This document shows, piece by piece, positions 20,636-31,342 of a DNA stretch of 64,000 nt. This DNA comes from an uncultured Alphaproteobacteria bacterium (lineage in GTDB: Bacteria; Pseudomonadota; Alphaproteobacteria; Rs-D84): positions 1-64,000 of the forward strand of contig CAMRSV010000002.1 of the NCBI GenBank assembly GCA_947053455.1. The letters run 5' to 3'. Below the pieces are notes generated by a model. That model was not told where the DNA came from, did not search any database, and worked only from the letters and a program-made list of their open reading frames with translations. Position 1 is the stretch's first letter, and every line of letters starts with the position of its first letter. A program made the position numbers and the translations under genes.

Positions 20636-21916
20636 ATGAAAAATTATTTTGTTATAATGCTTGCAATTATCACGGTGCCAATGTCGGCCGATGCGGATAT
20701 ATATTCGGCATTGAAATCAGTATATGAAACAAACCCGGTCATATCGGCTGCCCGAACAAATGTAAGCGCGGCACAGACAGACGTTAGCCTGGCAAAATCT
20801 GAATCACATCCATATATCGGTGCCGCCGCAAATGCCGGCATTGCACGAACGCAACTTATGGGTGAAACATTTGATTACAACCCAACCCAAATTGGTATAG
20901 AAGCACAACAAAATATTTTCCAAGGATTTTCCACACTTGCGCGGATAAAGGGTGCAAAAGGTCTGCTGGCCGCGGCGCGTGCGGATTTATACGCCACCGA
21001 ACAGGATGTCTTTCTGGATGCAATAAACGCATACATCGGCGTACTGCAGGCGGCAGATGTATTAAAACTGAACAAAAACAATCAGCACGTTTTGAAAGAA
21101 TACTATGACTACTGTACGGATTTGGAAAGCGTTGGACGCCTAACAAAGACAGACGTTTCACAGGCGTCTGCACGACTTGAAATGGCAAAATACGCCGTGG
21201 CCGACGCCCAGGCAAAATACGACAACAAATTGGAAACTTTTAGACGCGTATTCGGCAAAACCCTGTCGGGGTACACTGATGTTGATTTAGAACGTGTGCA
21301 GCATTTGTTTCCAACGTCAATCTCCGCCGCAGAGGAAGATGCGTTAAAAAATCACCCCGTGTTAATTGCGCTGGCGGCACGCGAAAACGCAGCGCGTGAA
21401 AATATAATGATTGCGCACAAGAGCATATTGCCATCTGTTGACGTCCGCGCCAGTGCAATGCAGGTTGATGATTTGCCATATGTCGACCGTGTGCGCGACC
21501 GGCGCGTCGGGGTATATCTGAAATTACCGTTGTATGACCGCGGAACAGCATTTGCAAACGCCGACAAAGCACGCCATACAGTAAATGAACTCGGTGATAA
21601 AATTGTAAACGCACGCCGCATCGTGATTGAAAAACTGCGTCATGCATGGAATACTTATGACGCGCAAAATTATGCCATACGCGCCGCAGAATCTGGAATA
21701 CATGCGAACAAAATGGCACTTGATGGCACCCGTGAAGAACAAAAACGCGGACGACGCACCGTACTGGATGTACTTAACGCCGAACAGGAATTGCTAAATA
21801 CCCAGGTGGCACTTGCCAATGCAAAACATGCACAGGTTGCGGCATTTTTTGCGGTGTTGTCGGCCGCCGGGCAATTAAACGCAACAAATCTGGGAATTAT
21901 TGATATTGAAGAATAA
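20636..21916 (+). CDS. tolC: TolC-family outer membrane channel
   Basis: Signal peptide; TNP.I.AAR; G.RTVLDVLNAEQEL. Confidence 0.9.
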   Translation: MKNYFVIMLAIITVPMSADADIYSALKSVYETNPVISAARTNVSAAQTDVSLAKSESHPYIGAAANAGIARTQLMGETFDYNPTQIGIEAQQNIFQGFSTLARIKGAKGLLAAARADLYATEQDVFLDAINAYIGVLQAADVLKLNKNNQHVLKEYYDYCTDLESVGRLTKTDVSQASARLEMAKYAVADAQAKYDNKLETFRRVFGKTLSGYTDVDLERVQHLFPTSISAAEEDALKNHPVLIALAARENAARENIMIAHKSILPSVDVRASAMQVDDLPYVDRVRDRRVGVYLKLPLYDRGTAFANADKARHTVNELGDKIVNARRIVIEKLRHAWNTYDAQNYAIRAAESGIHANKMALDGTREEQKRGRRTVLDVLNAEQELLNTQVALANAKHAQVAAFFAVLSAAGQLNATNLGIIDIEE

Positions 21917-21932
21917 ATCCCCAGACGTCCGA

Positions 21933-23004
21933 TTATTTAAGAAATAGTTTTTTATACAAATAATCATCCATATTGGCATATTCCAAAGAACGGAAAAAGT
22001 TTTCCTTAATAGCCGGCAGACGCTGTATATAATCATTTGGAGTACACTGTTGCAAAATCTTTGGTAGATTATCAAAATCATTTTCAGATATTGTAATTAT
22101 TCCATCTGGGTTAAAAAATTTATCAATTTTACGAGCCCCCAGATAAATCGGCACAGTCATGGATGCAAAACAATTGACAATCTTTTCTGTAAAAAATAAA
22201 TCTGTTACTTCGTTTTCTATTGCAATAGAATATCTATAATTCGCCAAACTGTCCGCAATCGGAATCATTGACCCACCATCAAAAGTTCCGAATGTATCTG
22301 CTAAATTTTCTTCCTTGCACTTTTTAGCCAATGCTATTCGAAAATTATGCAGCGCACACATTCTCTTATCGGATGAAACTATTGATATGTTTTTAGTTTT
22401 ATGCCGATATCCTTGTTCATCAAGAGTTCCACCCCCCCCCTAGGTCTCGTGGGAATACACCATACCATAACTGTGCACAACCTGGCATGAAAACAGCATT
22501 ATTTAATTTATCCAACAACCTATCATCATAAGTCAAAATTGCATCAAAATCCTTTTCCAATCCCGGATGTAAATCAAATATTTTATATGTTTCCGGCACA
22601 ATACCAGATGATTCCAACAACCAACCAAAACGCTTTTTCGGATTCCCCATTGTTTCCAACATCGCACCATGCGTATAAAAATGAACAGGTAAAGCAATAT
22701 TGAATCTATCCCATAAAAAATATTGCGATTGATATACATAGGGAATATGCGCACTGCACCCATCGCGCAGGAAAAACATATCCATCTTTCTACCATCCTT
22801 GTTGTATATATCTGGGATATCACCTTTAATCGCAGAAACAGGATTATATATAGGGCAATATATTTTTCCATACTTTTTAGAATCAGTATAATTAATTAAA
22901 ACTACCTTTGTTTTTTTACGTTTTCCATACGATATTATTTTTTTTCCAAAAAACAAAATATGGCGCCGGCCATTTTCACAATACTGTTTGGCAAAAATTT
23001 TCAT
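21933..23004 (-). pseudogene. GT10 (fucosyltransferase-like) gene frameshifted at a G9 tract; likely phase-variable
   Basis: C-terminal part has YRYSIAIEN...FFTEKIVNCF...VPIYLG; N-terminal part stops just after G9 (22432-22440); G8 or G11 fuses the frames. Confidence 0.8.
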
Positions 23005-23263
23005 CACAACCTCGTTAATATGCAGATATAACAAAACTATATACCATAATAAATATAAATTGTAACTTCATTTTTAGTAATTTCTTTTGACATATTTATT
23101 TCTTGATTTTTAATTAAAATTATGATATAGTATATTTTGTTCCCCATAAGAAGTGGGACTTTTTTTATTACTGCGCACTGCGCGGTTTTTATTTTATGTC
23201 CGTGCCGCCCGCCTGGTTTTCAGTCGCTGCGATAACGCGGCAACTGAACCAAAAGGATTACAA

Positions 23264-23734
23264 ATGACAAAATCTAGACAGGTGCAGCTGCGGCGCGGCA
23301 CGGCAGCACAACATGAAACATTTATCGGCGCAGAAGGGGAAGTCACGGTCGACACTACAAATCACACCCTGCGTGTTCACGACGGTATCACCCCGGGCGG
23401 CAATATCGTTAGTTCAAATCAGATAATTTCAGATAACTTTCTTGTACCGGATTATTCAAACGCAATTACATTTAATTTTACAAGCCTTAATACCGCACCA
23501 GAAGACGGCTTTTTTGAGATAAGTGGCCTAGCTTATTTTCCTGTAAATCTTACAATTAAATTGAACGATATAGAAAAAACATTTGCCAGCAGTTCAAATA
23601 ATGGATATTCGTGCACAGGGTATATGATATTGCCCGTAAAGGCTGGCGACACAATACAAGGATTGACATGCCATAACAATAACGGGCATATATCATTTCT
23701 TCCAATCAGAAAAACGCAGTCCCCACAAGAATAA
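23264..23734 (+). CDS. Phage tail-fibre/Mtd N-terminal-like domain protein
   Basis: QVQLRRGTAAQHETFIGAEGEVTVDTTNHTLRVHDGITPGG; C-terminal PDYS...ILPVKAGD typical of tail-fibre tips; SD AAGGA. Confidence 0.75.
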   Translation: MTKSRQVQLRRGTAAQHETFIGAEGEVTVDTTNHTLRVHDGITPGGNIVSSNQIISDNFLVPDYSNAITFNFTSLNTAPEDGFFEISGLAYFPVNLTIKLNDIEKTFASSSNNGYSCTGYMILPVKAGDTIQGLTCHNNNGHISFLPIRKTQSPQE

Positions 23735-23763
23735 TTTAAATGGGGCGGAACAAATTTGTTAGA

Positions 23764-24324
23764 TTATTTCTGCGTTGAATGGATTGTTTCCGCTAATTCT
23801 ATTATTTTTCTTGATCTATCTTTGTAATATTTCGCGGGGATGCCCATATTTATGCTCCATTCCCGCGTATTTTCACGCACAAAAGACATTGCGCCAACGG
23901 CACTACCAACACCGAAATTCACACCGGGCATAACCACTGTACCAGACCCCAGCTGTACAAAATCGTTTAAAACAATCGGTGCAAAACACACATTGGTTAA
24001 ATTTTCCGGAACCATAGGAGAAATCATATAATTTCCAGAAAAATCATCACTTGCGCTAAATAAAGTGCAACGCGGTGATATTCCACAAAAATTTCCAATA
24101 GTAATTCCCCCACGTCCATAAAGAGCACTATATGCGGAAATATGAACGTAATTTCCAATTTTTATATTGCCGGACAATATGCAAAAATCATCTATTCTAA
24201 CATTATTTCCAATATAAATTGACCCGGCGCCATATATTGAACATTTTTTTGAAATCATAACATTATCACCAACAGATGCGAAACCAATTTTCTGCAAATC
24301 TTCCGTTGTATAGAAACTATTCAT
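23764..24324 (-). CDS. Hexapeptide-repeat acyltransferase (VioB-like sugar N/O-acetyltransferase)
   Basis: IGNNVRIDDFCILSG.IKIGNYVHI, GIPAK. Confidence 0.85.
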   Translation of the reverse strand: MNSFYTTEDLQKIGFASVGDNVMISKKCSIYGAGSIYIGNNVRIDDFCILSGNIKIGNYVHISAYSALYGRGGITIGNFCGISPRCTLFSASDDFSGNYMISPMVPENLTNVCFAPIVLNDFVQLGSGTVVMPGVNFGVGSAVGAMSFVRENTREWSINMGIPAKYYKDRSRKIIELAETIHSTQK

Positions 24325-24342
24325 TATAATTCTCCTTGTTTT

Positions 24343-25743
24343 TTAATCCGGCAGGAAAAAGTCAATACTATTACCTTTTTTCTGCATGTAATAATCATAA
24401 TCTTTGGACACGTGTCCTATGTCCAACGCCTGATACCCACATTTTGCTAAATCATAGGCCAATACCGTCGCAGTGGGTCCCAATATAATTAAAATCAGCT
24501 TGTCTTTATCATGCTGTTTCACTTGCTTTAATATATCATTATATTCCGAAAATGCGTCCTTGCTGGGGGCAAAAACATATTCAAGGCTTTTTACATTATC
24601 AAATATATTATAAACGTGTTTGTCACGAATACCTTGTCCTTGAACCAAGACGACGTCACGATTGTCCCATATTTTACGCAATTTAGCATAATGGGCATCA
24701 TAATCCATATTTTTATAAACCATATACATACAGCTTATTTCTGTGGCATAGTATTGTTTCCCTGGCCTGGTAATGGAATCCAAATATTGCCGATTGCTTG
24801 GTAAATAGTTTTTTACCCATTGCGAATTTTTTACGTCAATCAACGAATTAAAAAAATGCCAATTTGTTGCAATCATAATATTTTCATCATCCGAATCCCA
24901 TACCTCTTTTAAGCGTTGCAATAATACGGGTTCCATTTTTTGAAAATCTAAATCGCCCGCTTCCTGCATCAGGCGAAATTCCCCGTCGCCAAATCTGCAC
25001 AAAGAGCATCTATCTCGAATTATTTTGTCCACTGTTTCATCAGGGGTTGCAACAGTTACCCCCCCCCCGGCGCCATCATTGCAACAATATTCGTACCCAT
25101 ATGAATCCCATGTAATATTCTCTTTTATAATTTTAGCGGGATTTCCAGCAATTGCACAATGTGGTTTTTCAAATCTGCCCGAAACAATGGCACCATATCC
25201 AACCACACAATCATCTGCAATAATCGTATTTTTTAATATGGCGGCCCTTGTGCCAATCCACACATGATTTCCTATGTTTATCTCTTTTACAAAATTTATA
25301 ATTTTGCGAGAATTCAAATCAAAAATCGGGTGTGCATCGGTTCCCAGAATTGTTACATCAAACGCAATCATGCAATCGGAACCGATATGGCATTTTGAAC
25401 CACTGTTAAATGTTGAATATGACATTGTTTCAATACTGGTTCTGGCACCGATTGAAAATTCACAGTTTTTAACTGGCGCAAAATTTTTATGATTTTGACC
25501 TATTAATATATTTAGATGCCCACTTAAAGAAATATCTTCATCAATTGTCACCACATTATTGTCGCCAAAGATTGAAATACTTATACGCGATTTTGCCGAT
25601 AAAAAACCGGCCTTTATTGTAATTGTATTATTTTTACCATTTATATTCAGCAAAACTTTTGGCTGCAACTGTTCTGGAATATTTATATTATTATGCGAAA
25701 CATCTGGTTCAGTGTCATGTTTCAGCTTTTTAAACAAACGCAT
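24343..25743 (-). CDS. Fusion of LbH acetyltransferase and GT-D fold (DUF1792-like) glycosyltransferase
   Basis: IGSDCMIA..TDAHPI..IGNHVWIG..GNPAKIIK, then SLCRFGDGE...LGPTATVLAYDL...QALDIGH. Confidence 0.85.
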   Translation of the reverse strand: MRLFKKLKHDTEPDVSHNNINIPEQLQPKVLLNINGKNNTITIKAGFLSAKSRISISIFGDNNVVTIDEDISLSGHLNILIGQNHKNFAPVKNCEFSIGARTSIETMSYSTFNSGSKCHIGSDCMIAFDVTILGTDAHPIFDLNSRKIINFVKEINIGNHVWIGTRAAILKNTIIADDCVVGYGAIVSGRFEKPHCAIAGNPAKIIKENITWDSYGYEYCCNDGAGGGVTVATPDETVDKIIRDRCSLCRFGDGEFRLMQEAGDLDFQKMEPVLLQRLKEVWDSDDENIMIATNWHFFNSLIDVKNSQWVKNYLPSNRQYLDSITRPGKQYYATEISCMYMVYKNMDYDAHYAKLRKIWDNRDVVLVQGQGIRDKHVYNIFDNVKSLEYVFAPSKDAFSEYNDILKQVKQHDKDKLILIILGPTATVLAYDLAKCGYQALDIGHVSKDYDYYMQKKGNSIDFFLPD

Positions 25744-25762
25744 TGCAATATCCTTTTTATTA

Positions 25763-27589
25763 TCAACCCTTGTTAGCCATGATATATTTATTAATGCTAT
25801 CGGTATGAGCGTAATTTAAATATTTATCTACATACCGCAAGATGTTTAGCATTTTTTGCTGATATTCAAGTTGCCTGGCGGCGTTGGAAACGCCTTGCCC
25901 TGATATATTATACTGTGCGGTAACCTTGTTAATTACTCGTATATCACCAAAGTGAGCATGTATTAGAAAAACCGGAAAATCAATTACAACGTGGTGCAAA
26001 AGCCAATCCGGCAAAGTGTTTGCAACCATCTTCCATCTTACCATCGCCGTACATGATGCAATAAAACGACAATTTAACAAATCATCAAAATCATATGTCT
26101 TTTTTCGCGCCATATTTCGGGGCATATATTTTTTTACCTTAAAAACAAAATCCGGCTTTTCATCATCCACATAGTGAAATTTTACATCGGTGCAAACAAT
26201 GCTACAATCTGGGTGCTTATTTAATATATCAACCTGCATTTGAAGTTTATTTGGATCGGTCCAACAATCATCACCGTCACACCATGCAACATACTGACCA
26301 CGAATTCTGCGTAATGCCGAAATTGCGTTTTCAGCAACACCTTTATTTTTTGGATGCAATATAGGTGTAATAATATCCGGATACTTTTTGGCATATTCAC
26401 GAATAATATCCGCCGTGCCGTCACTGGAACCATCATCAGAAATGATAAATTCAACTGGACAATTAACTTTTTGACTTATAAACCCGTCCAAAGTTTTGCG
26501 TATAAACTTCTCTTGATTATAAGTTAGGCATATCACAACAACTTTATTGTCCCTGCCAACCTTTCCATACTTGTCACGCCATGCACACAAAGAAAACCGT
26601 CTACGAAAAAACAACGGGAATTTAAGCAAATTATAATACTTTCGCTGATTTTGAAATGGGGTACATGGCGTCACATAGGTTGATATATACTGGCACCAAT
26701 CCTTTACAAAAGGTGTTTTCAACAAATATTCCAGCCAAATTTCACTTTTAACTATGCCGGGCTCCCGCCAGGGTTTAAATTGCGTCGCAAAATGCAATTG
26801 AATTGGCGCCGCCATAGCATCTTTTATTTCTTTGGCACTATAATGGGGATCGGAATCATAATTTTCTTCGTATCTAAATAAATCATAACAGTAACTGCAT
26901 ACCAACGCGTCTAACGGCAAAAGAATTTTATCTTTTTCAGGTACAACCAGATTTATAACATCCTGTTCAGGTTGAACCAGTCTTTCACTGTTTTCATTTA
27001 AAAATTGTATTAATTTATTTTCAATAATACTATTGTCCCGCCGCATGTATTCCAAATTAAATATCAAATATCCACCACACAAACTTAATCTGTCTCTTTC
27101 CTGTTTTGTAAAATTATCAGCATATACATTATTATAAAAATCTTCAAGATAAGAACCACGTGGGGCAATCGGATAAACCCCGGCGACACAAAAATCATCA
27201 TTATCAACAACGTCCATATAATGCTTGGATATATCGCCGGTAAACACCACATCAACATCTGTGACTATTATTTTTTTATGTTGCGGAAACAAATTAGCGA
27301 CCAACAACTTGTACAACATCTCTTTTGAATAATGCCCCTTACTTTGCAGGCTTTGAAATTCTTTATCAAATTTGCCGTTCATATTCAAAAATTCAAGGCG
27401 GGCATTTTTAAAACCAGAAATTGTTTGCAGCAGTTTCGCCTGATTTTGTGTTGAAATATCGGTATGACATACATATATTGTGTAATTGTAATTCTTGTCC
27501 GAATTTTCCAACATAGAATACATTGCCACGGCCGCCGCAATGACATAGTTGTTATCAAAACACAACATTATTGGAATATCTTTATTCAT
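25763..27589 (-). CDS. Bifunctional GT8 + GT2 glycosyltransferase
   Basis: IPIMLCFDNNY, DVDVV, PEQDVIN, HFA..KPW; second domain TYNQEKFI..DDGSSDGT..CDGDD.WTDP.KLQ. Confidence 0.9.
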   Translation of the reverse strand: MNKDIPIMLCFDNNYVIAAAVAMYSMLENSDKNYNYTIYVCHTDISTQNQAKLLQTISGFKNARLEFLNMNGKFDKEFQSLQSKGHYSKEMLYKLLVANLFPQHKKIIVTDVDVVFTGDISKHYMDVVDNDDFCVAGVYPIAPRGSYLEDFYNNVYADNFTKQERDRLSLCGGYLIFNLEYMRRDNSIIENKLIQFLNENSERLVQPEQDVINLVVPEKDKILLPLDALVCSYCYDLFRYEENYDSDPHYSAKEIKDAMAAPIQLHFATQFKPWREPGIVKSEIWLEYLLKTPFVKDWCQYISTYVTPCTPFQNQRKYYNLLKFPLFFRRRFSLCAWRDKYGKVGRDNKVVVICLTYNQEKFIRKTLDGFISQKVNCPVEFIISDDGSSDGTADIIREYAKKYPDIITPILHPKNKGVAENAISALRRIRGQYVAWCDGDDCWTDPNKLQMQVDILNKHPDCSIVCTDVKFHYVDDEKPDFVFKVKKYMPRNMARKKTYDFDDLLNCRFIASCTAMVRWKMVANTLPDWLLHHVVIDFPVFLIHAHFGDIRVINKVTAQYNISGQGVSNAARQLEYQQKMLNILRYVDKYLNYAHTDSINKYIMANKG

Positions 27590-27590
27590 A

Positions 27591-28589
27591 TTATCCCCCC
27601 CTTACACTTATAAAAACCAACATTAACATCATAACCGCAATAACAACTATCAAGCGATTTAACCATGTTTTATATTTTTTATATTTTCTAGACACATCAT
27701 CAAAAACATAATTCGCAGCCGAGTGATATGCCGCCGAATCCACATCATATATTTTTTGCAGGCAATCAAACTTGTTCCGCCTGACAAATGACTGGATTGC
27801 CAATCCCACAAGATAATTCAATTCACCCGTCATATTTACATTAAACTGTTGTTCAACGGCACGAAAAAAATTAATAACTTTGAATGTGCATATGTCAAAC
27901 CATTTATCTGACTGATATGCGCCATTCCAAATCCCACCGGAATGCTTTCTATAAACAGACATTATATCCGGCAAACAGTAAATATAACCCGTCTGGGCAT
28001 GCAACAAATGCAAAAACCAATCCCCGGGCAAAATATCCGCCGGGAATAAATCTTCATTGCCACTTAAACGCCATCTGTAAACAACTGAATTTGTTTGAAT
28101 AAAATTATGTTTAAGCAAATCACTTAAATACAGTTTTTTCCTATTAAACCTGTATTTTGACGTTGGGAAAACACTGTCTGGACAGGTGTCATCTTGCCAT
28201 ACCACACGAACCGGATGGAAACATATTGAACAATCCGGATGCGCATCCAGAAAATCAACCTGTTTCTGAAGTTTTTCCGAATCCGTCCAATAATCATCAC
28301 CTTCATTTAACGCCACATATTCACCAAGAACACGCGGAAACAAAAAATCCTTTAACGGTGAACGCCCCTTTGAAAATTGATTTTCTGTCTGGAATATAGG
28401 CCTTATAATATCTGGATATTGTTTTGCATATTCACGAATTATGTCCGCAGTCCCATCAGTAGACGCGTCATCATGAACTAAAACCTCAAATGGGAATGTG
28501 GTTTTCTGCATAACAAAACCATCCAAAGCCTGGCGTATGAATTCTTTATGATTGTATGTTATACATAAAATTGAAACTTTTGGTTTCAT
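27591..28589 (-). CDS. Glycosyltransferase family 2
   Basis: VSILCITYNH, DDASTDGT, EGDDYWTD.EKLQKQ. Confidence 0.92.
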   Translation of the reverse strand: MKPKVSILCITYNHKEFIRQALDGFVMQKTTFPFEVLVHDDASTDGTADIIREYAKQYPDIIRPIFQTENQFSKGRSPLKDFLFPRVLGEYVALNEGDDYWTDSEKLQKQVDFLDAHPDCSICFHPVRVVWQDDTCPDSVFPTSKYRFNRKKLYLSDLLKHNFIQTNSVVYRWRLSGNEDLFPADILPGDWFLHLLHAQTGYIYCLPDIMSVYRKHSGGIWNGAYQSDKWFDICTFKVINFFRAVEQQFNVNMTGELNYLVGLAIQSFVRRNKFDCLQKIYDVDSAAYHSAANYVFDDVSRKYKKYKTWLNRLIVVIAVMMLMLVFISVRGG

Positions 28590-28604
28590 CCCTTAATCCA
28601 AGTA

Positions 28605-29363
28605 TTATGTTATATGATACTTTTTATATAGTTTATGTCGTATATTATGACATGGAATTATTTTTATACAATATCTTAATGCCAATATTTTCATCCGTTT
28701 TTTAATTGGCATGTTTAATGTGTAGCGCCTGCATATAATTTTTTTCAAAACAGAATTATCCACCATCCAGCTTTCCGCGCCAATAGATGCATTCTGATAA
28801 TTTGCCACAATTTTTATAAAATCATTCGTGTCGGCAACAACTTTATAATTTCCGTGCGGCATATTTATATCACTTGCAATATATAGCAAATCTATCTGGC
28901 ATTGCGGCCATTTTGCCTGTATAGGTTCAAGAAATTTTTTAATTTGCGCATTTGACAAATTTTCCGGTTGCGACGGAACCTCGGAATAAACAATTAAAAC
29001 TTTTTTACTTTCGCATATCTGGTTCAAAAGCCTGTGAATTCTACGCCGATATTTATCATTTACACATTTGTAAGACACGGCCACATCAATTCCCGCCGGA
29101 AAGTCATGATTAAATGTTAAATCGTTATATTTGTTGTGATAAGCATCACATTTTATACTGCGTTCAGAATGTGCGTATTCCAAATCCCCCAATTCTATAA
29201 ATCGCTTGAATTGAGAAAGCAATATACCCATGCGGCCGCCAAAATCACTACCAAAAAGCCAGTCAAATGGATAACTGTTTAATTGCAAACCACAACTTCG
29301 TAATAAAATGCTATTATGGCATGCGGCTCCCAATCCAAAAATTAAGTCGTATTTGCGTTTCAT
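28605..29363 (-). CDS. DUF1796-like putative papain-like protein
   Basis: FGLGAAC...SYPFDW...F.HDF...KYRRRI.R. Confidence 0.75.
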   Translation of the reverse strand: MKRKYDLIFGLGAACHNSILLRSCGLQLNSYPFDWLFGSDFGGRMGILLSQFKRFIELGDLEYAHSERSIKCDAYHNKYNDLTFNHDFPAGIDVAVSYKCVNDKYRRRIHRLLNQICESKKVLIVYSEVPSQPENLSNAQIKKFLEPIQAKWPQCQIDLLYIASDINMPHGNYKVVADTNDFIKIVANYQNASIGAESWMVDNSVLKKIICRRYTLNMPIKKRMKILALRYCIKIIPCHNIRHKLYKKYHIT

Positions 29364-29368
29364 GGTCT

Positions 29369-30457
29369 TTAACGGATTTTATTTTTTACAGTTGATTTTA
29401 CTATATCAGCGATACGTTCAACATCTGAATTCTGCAAGTCAGCGTATAATGGCAAACATGCAATTCTTGATGAAATACTCTCCGAAACGGGGCATTTGTG
29501 ACCTTTAAGATAAGGCAATTTATTCAAACTAGGGAAAAAATAACGTCTTGGGAATATATCTTCTTTCTGAAGCGCAGAAAAAACATTTTCCAGCTCATAT
29601 TCATTCTTAAACACTACTGGATAATACGCATAGTTGTACTGTAAATCTGCCTGTTTTTTTGGTCGTCCAACACTATTCAATAAAATATTATCATACAAGT
29701 CACTTACGCGACGACGTTCTTCAATAATTTTACCGATATATGGAAAATTGGCAAGTCCCATTGCCGCATGCATTTCTGACTGCTTTCCATTAATGCCCAA
29801 CATATAATGGTTGTCCATATTATGTCCAAATCGTTTCTGTAGTTCAAGTTTATCAGAAACATCTTTGTCGCGAACTATGCATGCCCCGCCTTCAACTGTA
29901 TGAAATAGTTTTGTCGCATGGAAAGAGCACGTTGACACATCGCCATAATCTAACAATGACTTTCCCTTATATTTAGATGCGAATGCATGTGCACCATCAT
30001 AAATTACTTTTAAACCATAATTGTCTGCAATCTGCTGAATTTTATCAACATCACATGCATATCCAAAAACATGTACTGGCATAATCGCACGCGTACGCGA
30101 TGTAATCTTTTTCTCAATCTTATCTACATCAATTGTAAAATTATCGCCCTCTATATCACAAAAAACAGGTTTGCATCTTTGCCATAGAATACTAGAAGCT
30201 GTTGCAACATATGAAAACGGCGTAGTTATTACTTCACCATCATTAATACCCAATGCTGAAAGCGCAAATTGTAGCGCAATTGTGCCATTTGTAACATAAT
30301 GAAAATTTTCTACCCCCAATAAATCTCTCATTTTCTGTTCCAGTTCACGTACAAATGGCCCCTGATTAGTTAATATACCACAATCGTATATTTTTTCTAT
30401 ATACTTTATATATTCATCCCTAGGAGGCATAAAAGATTTTGTCACAAAAATAGGCAT
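29369..30457 (-). CDS. DegT/DnrJ PLP aminotransferase (VioA-like NDP-4-amino sugar synthesis)
   Basis: LTNQGP, NGTIAL, IYDGAHAF, SFHATKLFHTVEGG. Confidence 0.93.
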   Translation of the reverse strand: MPIFVTKSFMPPRDEYIKYIEKIYDCGILTNQGPFVRELEQKMRDLLGVENFHYVTNGTIALQFALSALGINDGEVITTPFSYVATASSILWQRCKPVFCDIEGDNFTIDVDKIEKKITSRTRAIMPVHVFGYACDVDKIQQIADNYGLKVIYDGAHAFASKYKGKSLLDYGDVSTCSFHATKLFHTVEGGACIVRDKDVSDKLELQKRFGHNMDNHYMLGINGKQSEMHAAMGLANFPYIGKIIEERRRVSDLYDNILLNSVGRPKKQADLQYNYAYYPVVFKNEYELENVFSALQKEDIFPRRYFFPSLNKLPYLKGHKCPVSESISSRIACLPLYADLQNSDVERIADIVKSTVKNKIR

Positions 30458-30487
30458 AAATTAATACTCCTTATAAAACTATAATTG

Positions 30488-31342
30488 TTATTTCCAGCAA
30501 ACCTTTAAAATAGGCAAACAACCAAACAACCAAACATAATTACGTTTGATTTTTATCAGCGGAATTATCCCAAACAAGCGTAATCTAAATACCGTTATAT
30601 TCTTTTCATCAGAATGCAACATTTGATGATAATAATATGGGTATTCATTTCGTATCTCATACAGTATGGTGCGGGTCTTTAACGCCATTAACTTACACTG
30701 TTTTATTGTTGTACGCTTTTCATGGCTGCGGTAACGAACCATGGTTTCTTGTATATTATAAAAATGAGTGACCCCCATTAAACGTGCCCATAGCTTATGA
30801 TCTTCGGACGGGGAATAAAATTCCTCATATTTTATTTTGTTGGTATCTAAAATTGATTTGCGTATCATTGAAGCACTGTGCGCAACACAACAATCACGCG
30901 TCAGGAACGTTTTTATATCAACATCATGTTCCGGTGTGTGCAAAATATTTTTCACAACATCACCGTTAAAATATTCCATAAATCCGGAAACAACGCCAAC
31001 GTCCGGATTTGCATCCAGATATGCAACTTGCTTTTCCAATCGCGTCGGCATCGATATGTCATCATGGTCAAATATCGCCATGTATTCCCCGCACGCCAAA
31101 TCTAATAATCTGTTGCGTGACGCACTAATGCCCATATTATGTGTATTCTTTATATATTTAATGCGATTGTCTTTGTATGATGCAACAATTGTATCAAGTT
31201 CAGTATTTTCAGGACTGTCATTCAGTATCAAAAATTCAAAATCCGTAAATGTCTGATTTAGTATTGATGCGATACATTCACGCAAATGTTCCGGATTTGT
31301 GTTATATATTGGCGTCAGTACAGATACCTTTGGCGGTTGCAT
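30488..31342 (-). CDS. Glycosyltransferase family 2
   Basis: PKVSVLTPIYN, SILNQTFTDFE, DHDD..PTRLEKQ. Confidence 0.92.
   Translation of the reverse strand: MQPPKVSVLTPIYNTNPEHLRECIASILNQTFTDFEFLILNDSPENTELDTIVASYKDNRIKYIKNTHNMGISASRNRLLDLACGEYMAIFDHDDISMPTRLEKQVAYLDANPDVGVVSGFMEYFNGDVVKNILHTPEHDVDIKTFLTRDCCVAHSASMIRKSILDTNKIKYEEFYSPSEDHKLWARLMGVTHFYNIQETMVRYRSHEKRTTIKQCKLMALKTRTILYEIRNEYPYYYHQMLHSDEKNITVFRLRLFGIIPLIKIKRNYVWLFGCLPILKVCWK

Noticed and set aside
23264-23734. Diversity-generating retroelement
   Set aside because: Only an Mtd N-terminal-like motif is present; no reverse transcriptase or template/variable repeat pair was seen in the window.
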